Positions 12,215 through 24,204 of a DNA stretch of 64,000 nucleotides are shown here, piece by piece; within the stretch, counting starts at the first letter, position 1, and each line of letters begins with the position of its first letter. The stretch comes from Mobula hypostoma (Eukaryota). The position numbers and the translations under genes were made by a program. The notes beneath the pieces are model-generated. The model saw only the letters and a list, made by a program, of their open reading frames with translations, was not told where the DNA came from and searched no databases. The stretch is taken from positions 9,300,001 to 9,364,000 of the forward strand of contig NC_086098.1 in NCBI RefSeq assembly GCF_963921235.1, given 5' to 3'.

Positions 12215-13052
12215 AGAAGGAGATGATGAATCAGCATTGGAGGGAGATTGAAAATTTGGCTGCATGGTGTAATTACAACAAGCTCTCGCTCAATGTCAAA
12301 ACGAACAAGGAACTGCTTGTAGACTTCTGGAGAGGGAAACCAGAGGTCTGTGAGCCAGTAATCATCAGAGGTGGAGATAGTCATTAACTTTAAATTCTTG
12401 GGTGTCACTGTCTCAGAGGACCTGTCCTGGACGCATCATATAAATACAATTGCGAAGAAAGCACAACAGCGTCTCAAATTCCTCAGGTGTCTGTAGAGAT
12501 CTGGCATGTCATCAAAAACCTTGGCAAACTTCTATAGATGTGTAGTGGAAAGTGTAATGACTGGCTGCATTATGGCCTGGTATGGCAAGACCAATGCCTG
12601 TGAGCAGAAAGTCCTACAAAAGTTAGTGGATTCATCATGGGTAAACATTGAGCACATCTACATGAAACATTGCCGTAGAAAAGCAGCATCCATCATCAGA
12701 GATCCTCACCACTCAGGCCTGGTCTTTTCTCACTGCTACCATCAGCTACAAGAGCCTCAGGACTTACACCACCAAGTTCAAGAACAGTTACTACCCCTCA
12801 ACCATCAAGCTCTTGAACAAAAGGAGATAACCACACTAATTTAAGACCTCTTTTATCTTGTTATTTCATGCTCTTTATTTATTGCTATTTATTTATTATC
12901 TGCATTTGTACAGTTTGTTTATAGTTAACAGTTCCAGATGTTTACAGTTACTATTCTATAGATTTGCTAAGTATGCCCACAGAAAAAGAATCTCAGGGTT
13001 GTATTGTGACATGTATGTACTCTGATAATAAATTTTACATTGAACTTTGAAC
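12215..13052 (+). mobile_element. Rex1/Babar-like LINE 3' fragment
   Basis: ORF 12506-12844 reads TLANFYRCVVESVMTGCIMAWYG...IIRDPHH; tail tgaactttgaactt. Confidence 0.75.
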
Positions 13053-13224
13053 TTTTTCTTCCGATGATGAGCTCACAAGGGACTTGAATGTGCTTTGATT
13101 AACAATAGTGACTGTGTGATGAGAGGCCTAGATCAGAATGGTAAGGACCCAAGTGCTGGAGTATTTGAGGCTAGGATCGAGACACTATTTCGAGACTCAG
13201 ATGAGAAAAGGGTTGTTGACTAGA

Positions 13225-15010
13225 TCCACACAGGCAAATGCTAGAGAAACTCAGCAGGTCAGGCAGCATCCATGGAAATGAACATTTTGGGCTGAGACCC
13301 TCCTTCAGGACTAGAAAGGAAACAAGGAGTTTCCAGAATTAAAAAGGTGGGGGGGTGGTGAGGCCAGAAGGCTAGCTGAAAGGTGATAAGTGAAGCTGGG
13401 TGAGTGGGAAAGGTCAAGAGCTGGAGAAAAAGGAATCTGATAGGCAAGGAGAGTGAACCATAGGAGAAATGGAAGGAGGAGGGGACCCAGGGGAAGTAAT
13501 AGGCAGGTGAGAACAGACAAAAGTTAGAGTGCGAAATAGAGGGGGAGGAGAATGTTTTTAACTGAAAGGAGGAATCGATATTCATGCCATCAGGTTTGGG
13601 GGCTACCCAAATGGAATATAAGGTGTTGCTCTTCCACCCTGAGGGTAGCCTCATCTTGGCATAAGAGGAGGCCACGAACTGACATGTCAGAACGGAAGGG
13701 GAATAAGCATTAAAAGGCTTGGTCACTGGGAAGTTCCGCCTTTGGTGGATGGAGCGGAGGTGTGTGACGAAACTGTCATGATGAACATAGAACATAGAAC
13801 ATAGAATAGTACAGTACAGGCCCTTCGGCCCACAATGTTGTGCTGACCCTCAAACCCTGCCTCCCATATAAGCCCCCACCTTAGATTCCTCCATATACCT
13901 GTCTAGTAGTCTCTTAAACTTCACTAGTGTATCTGCCTCCACCACTGACTCAGGCAGCGCATTCCACGCACCAACCACTCTCTGAGTAAAAAACCTTCCT
14001 CTAATATCCCCCTTGAACTCCCCACCCCTTACCTTAAAGCCATGCCCTCTTGTATTGAGCAGTGGTGCCCTGGGGAAGAGGTGCTGGCTGTCCACTCTAT
14101 CTATTCCTCTTATTATCTTGTACACCTCTATCATGTCTCCTCTCATCCTCCTTCTCTCCAAAGAGTAACGCCCTAGCCCTAGTAATGATGGGTCTCACCC
14201 ATATAGAAGAGAGTACAGGAAATCCATAGATGACTTCAGCAGATCTGCAGATGAAATGTTGCCTCAACTGGAAGGACTGTCCGGGGCCCTGAGTGGATTT
14301 AAGGGAGGAGGTGAATGGGCAGGTGTAACACTTAGACTGCTTGCAAAGGTAAGTGCTGGGAGGGAGATTAGTGGGAAGGGATGAATGGACAAGGGAATCA
14401 CGGAAGGAGGATCTCTAGTGGAGAGGGGGTGGTAAAGGTATGTTTGGTTGTAGGATCCCTTTGGAGATGTTGGAAGTTGCGGAGGATGATGTGTTGGGTG
14501 TGGAGGCTCATGGCATGGTAGGTAAGGACAAGGGGAGCTCTATCACTATTAAGGTGGTGGGAAGATAGAGTGAGTGCAGATGCGTGGGAAATGGAGGAGA
14601 TACAGGTGAGGGTAGCATCAATAGAGGTGGAATGGAAACGCAGTTCATTGAAGGAAGACATCTCTGATGTCCTGGAATGGAAAGCTTTGTCCCAGGAACA
14701 GATATGGCAGAGCCGAGGAAACTGAGAAAAGAGAATAGCATTTTTACAGGACATTAAATGGGACGAGGTATAGTCAAGGTTACTGTGGGGGTCAGAACAT
14801 TTATAAAAGATGTTGGTCAACAGTTTGTCTCCAGGGATGGAGACAGACAGATCGAGAAAGGGGAGGGAGGTGTCAGAGATGGGTAAAGTGAGTTTAAGGG
14901 CAGAGCGGAAGTTGAAGCCGTCGTCAGTGTAACCAAGGAAGAGTACAACTGAGGAAGGCTTTGAACATGGACTGTTCCACATAGTCAATGGAAAGGCAGG
15001 CATAGCTTGC
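13225..15010 (-). mobile_element. Penelope-like element (RT C-terminus, GIY-YIG region, pLTR), interrupted by a CR1 at about 13782-14175
   Basis: ORF 14398-15003 reads LPFLDLSVSI...FYK...LDYTSSH...KNAILFSQFPRL, typical of PLE RT. A degenerate hammerhead pLTR lies at about 13283-13315. Confidence 0.85.
13782..14175 (-). mobile_element. CR1 3' fragment, same subfamily as 24205-26809
   Basis: ORF 13850-14161 is nearly identical to the C-terminus of ORF 26295-26744; (GTTCTAT)n tail. Confidence 0.9.
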
Positions 15011-16069
15011 CTAGAATTCTTGACTAGTTGCTAGCCGAGAACCTGATTAAACTACCCTAGAATCCAAATGAGACAGAAATCCTGAACACAATCGCAGACT
15101 GAACCAAAGTTGAGCTGCTGATTGAGCACCAAACCTGAGTTCAGGTGCTCTCTAAATACCCAAATCCTGGCTGCCAATTAGCAGAGCGGACTGAATATTT
15201 AAAGGGATCACAGCAGCTATCCATACTCTGGAGAATCGGAGTATCTAAACCACAGAGACTGGCATGGTAGGGTGTGTACCGTAACAAACTGAGCTTCCCA
15301 AATGACTTATTGCATACTGTACTTCCACCATGTTGTGAGGTGCTACACTGTGCAATAATACGTCTTGTATTTTTTTTTTGATTAACTGGCATAGTAGTTT
15401 GGATGTTAGATTGACCTAAAAAGACAGCTAATGTTCCTGTTCCTGGCAATTACCTGACTATTTGGCAAGTCACAAAAACTTCAAGTTTTGTTGTGGTCAA
15501 GCTGTATCTTCCCTCTGGTGCCTGTCATTGTCAAATAATCCATTACTGACTGATTTTTCAAAAGTTTATATATGAATCCTTTGGTTAAATCTTTGAATGC
15601 AAGTTAGAACTGTGAGGTTTTATTTGCATGAAGTATTCATTCAGCAGTCCCATAGACAAGACAAGGCAGGGGAACATGTCTGGACTAGGTAGGTAAGAAG
15701 TTTTGAAATTAAGACTCAAGTAATTAATTAAACTTGAAATTTGTCACCAGTACTTCATGCAGAACTTCCCTTATGGAACACCTTTCCCAAGAAGTTGGTT
15801 ATTATCTTGCCAGAAGCAACATGAAACTTGGCTGTTTACTTTTATTTGAGTTAGTTAAGCTTGACAATATTAATAAAAGACAAGAAAGAAAAAAATACTT
15901 TTCATGACCCAGGCTTGTCTTACATTGCTTTGCATCCATTGCTATTGTGACTATTTTTAAAAGTATTTCAAATTTTTTAAAGTATTTCAATATAAAGCAT
16001 CTGATCTCTACACTGTAAGATCACATAACAAGCAATGTGATAGTGATCAGATAGTTTTTTTAATAAAGA

Positions 16070-16500
16070 TTCAGGACGCAGTGCACAGGTATAAAGGAGA
16101 ACAAATTAATTGTTACTCTGGATCTGTTGCCGCACTTAAAATAACACAATAAGATAAAGAACACAATAAATATAAATACATAAGATCATTTATATACTTT
16201 GATATTATGTACATAAAGTGACATTAGGTACAGAAGTATCTGTACATAATGTGATTCTGACAGGACATGATAAAGTTGTGGTGATGGGTGGCAGGTTGTG
16301 GAAAGGTAGGTTTGTGGGTGGAAGTGTTGAACACTCTTACTGCTTGGGGAAAGTAACTGTGAGTCTGTTGATCCTGGTGTGGGTGCTGCGTAGTCTTCCC
16401 TAATGGGAGTGGGACAAACAGTCATTGAACAAGGTGGCTAAGATCCTTCATGATGTTAGTGGCCTTTTTCCAGCACCTTTCTGTATCTATGATCTTGATG
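16070..16500 (-). mobile_element. Rex1/Babar-like LINE 3' fragment
   Basis: Minus strand encodes a decayed KATNIMKD..H...LP.GR.R-like C-terminus and an AT-rich 3' UTR similar to 61900-62450. Confidence 0.55.
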
Positions 16501-17631
16501 CAGAGTGATACTGGTTGAGACAATAGCCTCTGCTTTTGCTAAAAAGATTAACTTCAACAATGTTCAGTCCTTTGTAACATATTGGAGAATCAGCATAGAT
16601 TACGTGCTCCAGTCTCCACAATGGGATTTAAAACCATTATTACTTGGTTCAGAAACACTGACTCTGAGCCACTTGACCCCTTAAGTACAAATAAAAGTTG
16701 AGTGATTATATGTCTCACTGATAGTATTCAGTCATTACATTTCTTAATCCAATTTAAAATTGCAACCTTAATAACAATCATTCTATACAGCTTTGTTGAT
16801 ATTACTTACATAACTTTGCCTAATTATGGAATGTAGTTTCATGCTGTTATACAACAATGTGAACGCGCTAACTGTTTTTAGTATGACACTGCTTTGTACC
16901 TCTATTAATTATCTAGCAATGTTGTTTGCTTTCTTGTCATTGAAATTTGTATTATTTGTTAGAATTGATTTTCTCCATTTATCATCTGTAAGTCATTCCT
17001 TGACATAATTTCAGTGTGATATTGATATTATGTATGGAATTAGTTGACATTTTTAGGTGACTATTAGAAACTCCCCGTTCTTGCCAATAATCACATGCCT
17101 TTTCAAAAATGCCATCCCCCTTCTCTCAATTCCTCCATCTCCGCCGCATCTACTCTGAGGATGAGGCCTTTCATTCCAGAATGAAGGAAATGTCCTCCTT
17201 CTCCAAAGAAAGGTGTTTCCCTTCTTCCACCATCAACGCTGCCCCCAACTGCATTTCTTCCATTTTGCACACGTCTGTTCTCACCCCATCCTCCTGCCAC
17301 CCCACAAGCGATAGGGTTCCTCTTGTCCTCACCTACCACCCCACCAGTCTCCGATCCAGCAAACAATCCTCTGTAACTCCCGCCATCTCCAACAGGATCC
17401 CACCACCAAGCACATCTTTCCCTCCACCCCCACTTTCTGCATTTCGGAGGGATCGCTCCCTACGTGACTCCCTTAACCTCCCACTGATCTCCCTCCTGGC
17501 ACTTATCCTTACAAGCAGAACAAGTGCTACACCTGCCCCTACATCTCCTCCCCAACTACCATTCAGGGCCCCAAACAATTCCTCCAGGTGAGGCAACACT
17601 TCACCTTTCAGTCTGTTGGGGTTATCTATTG

Positions 17632-18435
17632 CAGGAGTCCCCAACCTTTTTTGCACCGCGGACCGGTTTAATATTGACAATTTTCTTGTGGACCGGCCAA
17701 CTGGGGGGTTTGCCAGCTTTCTCACTCCCAAATAAGGGACAAAAGTAGCAGTCAAATCCTGACGAAGGGTCCCAGCCCGAAATGTCAACTGTACTTCTTC
17801 CTATAGATGCTGCCTGGCCTGCTGCGTTCACCAGCATTTTTTGTGTGTGTTGATGGGACACTTGTGTTTACCCTGAGAAAGACTACCATGACCATGAAGC
17901 CTTGCGCAGGCACCTGTGTGCACATGCCTGATGTGCACATATGTGGCGTGCGCATGCACGTACTTGATTTTTTTTCCACAAATCCGTTTTGGCTTAATCT
18001 TCCCGACTACACTGTACATAACATTATTTCTGCTTTATATAGGCTGTGTATTTATCATATCATTAATGCTTTTACTATATGTTAGAGTTATTTTAGGTTT
18101 TATGTGTTATTTGGTAGGTTATCTTTTGGGTCTGGGAACGTTCAAAAATCTTTTCCATATAAATTAATGGTAATTGCTTCTTCGCTTCACGCCATTTCGG
18201 CACAAAAGGATTCATAGGAACACTGTACCTTAGCGGGGGAAATACGGGACGAGGGCGCTCCCATATGGGACAAACCAATTTAGCCTGATATACGGGATGT
18301 CCCAGCAAATACGGGACAGTTGGCAACCCTATGTTCAAGTTCAACAGTGGGCGTGACAGGGAATGAGAAAAGGTGCAGCTGACTCATATCGTTTCCTTGC
18401 GGCCCGGTCCGCAGTCCGGTGGTTGGGGACCACTG
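17632..18435. mobile_element. Non-autonomous hAT (Charlie-like) DNA transposon, composite
   Basis: TIRs caggagtccccaacc / ggttggggaccactg with a perfect 8-bp TSD ATCTATTG at 17624-17631 and 18436-18443. Confidence 0.88.
17757..17791 (+). ncRNA. Hammerhead ribozyme motif in a PLE terminal fragment inside the hAT element
   Basis: tc-CTGACGA-agggtcccagccc-GAAA-tgtc-aactg. Core boxes are intact; stems I and III are weakened. Confidence 0.55.
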
Positions 18436-19249
18436 ATCTATTGGATCCGGTACTCCCAGAATGGCCTCTTGTATTTTGATGAGACCCGACGCAGATTGGA
18501 AGACTGCTTTGCTGAGCACCTACGCCAGGTAAAGCAGGACTCCCAGTGGCCACCCATTTTAATTCCGCTTCCCATTCCCATTCCCATTCTGATATGTCCA
18601 TCCATGGCCTTCTCTACTGTCACGATGAGACCACACTCAGGTTAGAGGAGCAACACCTTATATTCTGTCTACGTAGCCTCCAAACTGATGGCATGAACAT
18701 CAATTTCTCAAACTTCCAGTAATGCCCCCCCCAACTTCTCTATTCCTGATCCCCTTTTCCCTCTCTCACCTTATCTCCTTGCCTGCCCATCGCCTCCCTC
18801 CGGTGCTTCTCCTTTTTTTTTTCTTCCTGGGCCTTCCATCCTCTCCCATTAGATTCTCCCTTCTCCAGCCCTGTATCTCTTTCACCAAGCAACTTCCCAG
18901 CTCTTTACTTCACCCCTCCTCCCTCCCAGTTTCACCTGTCACCTTGTGTTTCTCCCTCCCTTCCCCACACCTTCTAACTCTGACTCCTCATCTTTTGTTC
19001 CTCCAGTGTAGATGAAGGATCTTAGCACAAAACATCGGCTGTACTCTTTTCTCTAGATGCTGCCTGGCCTGCTGATTTCCTCCAGCTTTGTGTGTGTTGC
19101 TTGCCTTTCCAATCATTCTTTAAAACCAAGAAGGAGCCCATTTGACCCAAAAAAAGCCCTATTATTCCATTAATTTTCCTTATCATATATTTTCCCAATA
19201 TTCTCATCAATTCCATTCAGACTGGTTGGCCCGTCTTATCCATGCCAAC

Positions 19250-19835
19250 CTGGGTGGCAGGGTGGATATACATTTCTACCAAAGGTTTTTTTTTAACGTG
19301 TCGCACCAGACAGTCAGCCATCCTTGCCTGGCGTGTGGTGTCAGGATTGGTCTCCTTTCAGATTAGCCGGGTTCACGATATGAACATTCCTGACGCGACC
19401 CTTTTTTTTAAACGGGGCTGAGTGGCTAGCTCGATGCTGAACCCGGCACAGATGGTGGGGGGTGGCCCGACTTGGATTTGAACTTGGGAGGCTTCTCTCC
19501 GGAGCCTGGCGCTGATGCCATTGCGCCACCAGCCGGCCTTCTACCAAAGGTAAGATGCTCCTTCTCTCCCCTAGTCTTCAGGTCAGCCTTGGGCAAGATG
19601 TGGCATCTGCTTAGCCTCCTCCCGATCAGGGTCATGTGAAGCCATGGGAGCAGGTGGTGGATGGTCGTACGAGCAGCTGGTGCATGTCACAAGTCCTGCC
19701 AGGCAGGCAATCTCTGAAGAGCAGCCATAATGGCTGGCGTCATCCATCTTGTAAAGATAGTCTCCAGAAGAAGACAATGGCAAACCACTTCTGTAGAAAA
19801 ACTGAACAAAAGCAATCATGGTCAGGGAAAGACCA
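19250..19835 (+). mobile_element. SINE-like element with RTE/BovB-like 3' end, split by a tRNA-SINE
   Basis: gaagaagacaatggcaaaccacttctgtagaaaa tail; co-linear with the copies at 22140-22503 and 35020-35370. Confidence 0.7.
19287..19538 (-). mobile_element. tRNA-derived SINE with poly(A) tail
   Basis: Minus strand begins ggccggctggTGGCGCAATGG (A box), has AGTTCAAATCC (B box) and ends in an A-run. 13-bp TSD TTCTACCAAAGGT at 19274-19286 and 19539-19551. Confidence 0.85.
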
Positions 19836-20783
19836 ACCGAGATAGAAACATAGAAAACCTACAGCACAATACAGGCCCTTCGGCCCACAAAGTTGTGCCA
19901 ACTATATCCTTACCTTAGAACTACCGAGGCTTACCCAAAGCCCTCTATTTTTCTAAGCTCCATGTATCCATCCAGGAGTCTCTTAAAAGACCCTATCATT
20001 GCCACCCTGAATCGGCCCATTTCCTCCTTATTTATAAAATATATTTTGTATTTGTTTTTTTTTCTCTACTCTTGGGATATAATTACATTTTGTAGTTTCT
20101 ATATTATGGCAAATGGTGATTAATGTTGTTCTTACACTTTTTCCCTTGATATATTTTTTGTCCTTCCAAACTTTGACTGTTAGACAATAGACAATAGACA
20201 AAGGAGCAGAATAATGCCATTCAATCAATTGAGTCTGCTCTGCCATTTAGTCGTTGCTTTTTCCTAACCATCCGGTAACCCTTAACCTCTTTCCCAGTCA
20301 AACTTCTTACTGAATTCAAACTTCATTATAGCTAACCTTAAATATTTTCCTCCTGTTTGGTGCAGGGATCAAAGTAGCTCTGTTGCTATAAAATTGTTCC
20401 ATAAGATGTGATGGACTATCCCTGTGGTCAAGTACAAACATCTGAATTTTCACCAAATTTATTTTCAATTTACTAAGGATCATCCACTCTTTTCATTTCA
20501 ATAAAACAAACTTGCTAGGAAGCAACAGCGTCCATTCAATATTTAGTGTGCTCACAAACTATTACAACACAGATTTGATCACTAGCAGTTTGGTTCCTAG
20601 GCTTACGAGTTGTAACATGTTTTTAAGTACCTTTGCATAAATATCATCCCTGGCATTTAATCACAGAAATTTTTAATTAGGTCTTAATGGAATTATTTCT
20701 CTCAAATTATTTTCTCAAATATTTCCTTTCTCAAAGGAATTATTTCAAGTATCAACATGGAGATAATTTTGTACTATTACCAC

Positions 20784-21633
20784 ACCATAGAACCATAGAA
20801 CACTACAACACAGAAAACAGACCATTCGGCCCTTCTAGTCTGTGCCGAAATGTTATTCCTCTAGTCCCATTGACCTGCAGCCAGTCCATAACCCTCCAGA
20901 CCTCTCCCATCCATGTATCTATCCAATTTATTCTTAAAACTTAAGAGTGAGCCGGCATTTAGCACGTCAGATGGCAGCTCGTTCCGCACTCCCACCACTC
21001 TCTGAGTGAAGAAGTTCCCCCTAATGTTCCCCCTAAACCTTACCCCTTTCACCCTAAAGCCATGTCCTCTCGCATTTATCTCTCCTAATCTAAGTGGAAA
21101 GAGCCTATTCACATTTACTCTGTCTATACCCCTCATAATTTTGTAAACCTCCATCAAATCTCCCCTCATTCTGCTACGCTCCAAAGAATAAAGTCCTAAC
21201 TTGTTCAATCTTTCCCTGTAACTCAACTCCTGAAGACCCGGCAACATCCTATTAAATCTTCTCTGCACTCTTTCAATCTTACTGATATCCTTGCTATAGT
21301 TAGATGACCAGAACTGCGCACAATACCCCAAATTTGGCCTCACCAATGTCTTATACAACCTCCCCATAACATCCCAACTCCTATACTCAATACTTTGATT
21401 TATGAATACCAGGATGCCAAAAGCCTTCTGTACAACCCTGTCTACCTGTGACGCCACTTTCGGGGAATTATGTATCTGAACTCCCAGATCTCTTTGCTCC
21501 TCCACACTCCTCAGTGCGCTACCATTTACTGTGTATGTCCTACCTTGATTTGTCCTTCCAAAATGCAACACCTCACATTTGTTTGCATTAAATTCCATCT
21601 GCCATTTTCTGGCCCATTTTTCCAGTTGGTCCA
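20784..21633 (-). mobile_element. CR1 3' fragment
   Basis: ORF 20861-21667 reads KWQMEFNANKCEVLHFG...ERVQRRF; (GGTTCTAT)n tail. Confidence 0.9.
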
Positions 21634-22139
21634 GAACAGGAAGGCATTTTGTGTCGGAAAGAAGCAAGCTTATTCTTACAATACCTGAAATGGAGATAAT
21701 ATTTACATCTTATTAGGAACTTCAGGAGAGCAAATATTATGGAGTCAGCTGAGCTGATTTTTTTTTTAAGATGAAACCTATAATATTCAGGTCCTCTTGC
21801 GGACTTTATCCTTTGCCACCACAAGATTGAAGATGTTGTCAAGTAAACCCCATGCATTCCCCAGTGGCCTTTCAATTAACTGGCCTCCAACTGCTGTTGT
21901 CGTTGTTGGGCAGTTTAAGTTTATAAAACCATATTACGAAGTGCTGATGTTACATGAAATAAGTTTGCTTCATTTACGGTAGTGGTCTTGACTCCCAAAC
22001 CTACTGACAGATCTATGTACAGTGCAACTGCACCTAAAGTAACAAATTTTGCCTGTAATAAGCATGAAGCCGTGTAGGGTAAGCCTTTTTCGAATGTATT
22101 AGGCAAACTAGCACAGATATCTTGCTCGTTGATTCATCT

Positions 22140-22503
22140 GTTATGGGGTGTGACGTGAGCGATCATGGTCTTTCTATGACCATGATTGTTCTTGCCATAT
22201 TTTTCTACAGATGTGGTTTAACATTGCCTTCTTCTGGCCAGTGTCTTTACAAGACAGGTGACCCCAGCCATTATCAATACTCCTCAGAGATATTCTGCCA
22301 GGCATCAGCGGTCGCATAACCAGGACTTGTGATATGTAGCAGCTGCTCATTTGACCTTTCACCACCTGCTCCCATGGCTTCACGTGACCCTGACTGGGGG
22401 CTAAGCAGGTGCTAAACCTTTCCCAAAGGTGATCTGCAGGCTAGAGGAGGTAAGGAGCACCTTGCATCTCATTTGGTAGAGATATATCGCCACCCCACCA
22501 CCC
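22140..22503 (-). mobile_element. SINE-like element with RTE-like tail, near full length
   Basis: Reverse complement of the 19250-19835 family. Confidence 0.7.
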
Positions 22504-22675
22504 AAGATCTTCTGCATAACACCATTTAGCACGTTTTCACACACAAATGGTTTTCTGTCCATTTCCCAAATCCTGCTGGAGAAGTTTTTTTTTCTTAAAA
22601 TGTCTCCAATGATATTATGCATTAGCACAGCTGGGATTGAGAGGCTGCATTTATTTATTTATTGAGCTACAGCAC

Positions 22676-24125
22676 TGTTACGTACACACAACCCTGGGGA
22701 AAGTACCGGTTACATGCACGCAACACTAAAAGTATCAGCAGCAATAGAACACACCTGGCGTCTGGTTTTGCTGTTAACAAAACACTATTTTATTAGTAAC
22801 TACGTCATATAGTAACCTAACCGGGTAAATCAAGAGTTACCGGGGTTATGCATATTTAGGTGTACATATATAAATCCCCAAACTTCAGAGCAAGGGTGGT
22901 AAGTGATACAGTCTTACGATGGTATGTAAGAAAGTTCTGTTCAGTTCAATCTATGGAATTTGAGGTGAGAGAGAGATATTTGTAATCCAAACAAACAGGT
23001 GTCGTCGATCTTCCCGTAGTCCTCCGAATACTCACAGGAAATATCACCAACAGTAGCTTATCACAAAGGGGACCATCTTCGAGGGAACCACCACGCAGAC
23101 AAGGGTCGACACATACGGTTATCCCAAACACACTATGTGATAGCCACTTATCCAGTTCCACGACATACAAAATAACTCCAACAGTGATTTGCCACAGGGA
23201 TGCCTTTCTTCAGTGAACTACCACACCCAGACAAAGGGGAAACACACAAGTGGTATTCACTAAGGTTTTCTGTCATCAGAGAACCCACTCTTATGGATTA
23301 ACTATGTGACAATCACACTTTTGTATTCGAATGGAATCAAACTCACCCTTACAGGCTACTTAGAAGAGAGTCCAAACAGTGATCTCTTTATCCCTAGGTT
23401 TCTTCTGTTTCAAACCATTCTCTCCCCTCCTCTCTGCCAACTTCTTCTAGTTGCAGTACTTTGTGAGAGTCGTTTATCAATACTATGGCTCGATCTTAAC
23501 TCACCCCTTTTGGGCGACTGGAAGTTGAAACCAGCAACCCCACTCGCTGGTGACTTGCATTGATCAAAACCATCTTGGCTCTGAACTGTGTGTGTCTGTA
23601 AGAGGATCATCTGACCTTGCTTATTCAAAACAAGCCGCGAGAAACCATAAACATTCATTGTCCATCAAATAACTCCACCTCTCTCACCATAGTAATCAAG
23701 CAATTTTGCAGTCAGCAGAAATCCAACAGTGCCCCAAAAGTCAGTCTCATTCTCTCGGCGTTTTGAAGTGACAGTCCACAGAAAAAATGAACCCTAGGGC
23801 TATATCGGCATCCGTTAGTCTCATGAGACCATGGATTCGCGCCTTGGAAGGTATCCAGGGCGCAGGCCTGGGCAAGGTTGTATGGAAGACTGGCAGTTGC
23901 CCATGCTGCAAGTCTCCCCTCTCCACGACACCAATGTTGTCCAAGGGAAGGGCATTAGGACTCATATAGCTTGGCACCGGTGTCGTCGCAGAGCACTGTG
24001 TGGTTAAGTGCCTTGCTCAAGGACACACACGCTGCCTCAACCAAGGCTCGAACTAGCGACCTTCAAATCACTAGACGAACGCCTTAGCCACGTGGTCATG
24101 CGCCAACACATGCAGGTATATAACA
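22676..24125. mobile_element. Solo LTR (TG...CA) containing a SINE insertion
   Basis: Begins TGTTAC and ends ATAACA, with 4-bp TSD GCAC at 22672-22675 and 24126-24129. It carries internal imperfect repeats of accacac.cagacaa.ggg...acaca. Confidence 0.7.
23806..24108 (-). mobile_element. tRNA-derived SINE with CORE-like central block
   Basis: Minus strand reads ttggcgcatgaccacgtggctaagg...agttcgagcc, then gtgtccttgagcaaggcacttaacc. Its 3' part resembles the end of the 52055-52645 element. Confidence 0.7.
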
Positions 24126-24204
24126 GCACGGAGTAGTCTCTTCTAGTTGCACTGCCCAGCAACCCCTTATTTAACCTTGGCTTATCACCAGACAATTTAC
24201 AGTG

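Larger units (their letters stand above)
17103..19100 (+). mobile_element. Penelope-like element 3' half (RT thumb, GIY-YIG endonuclease, pLTR), interrupted by a hAT element
   Basis: KNAIP-FSQFLHLRRIYSEDEAFHSR, then GVIY|WIRYSQNGLLYFDETRRRLEDCFAEH (decayed GIY-YIG), and a degenerate hammerhead pLTR at about 19003-19100. Confidence 0.85.

Noticed and set aside
19460..19538. tRNA gene (also at about 24040-24108 and 29736-29810)
   Set aside because: A and B boxes are present, but each runs into a SINE body and tail with flanking duplications, and I could not fit a clean cloverleaf.
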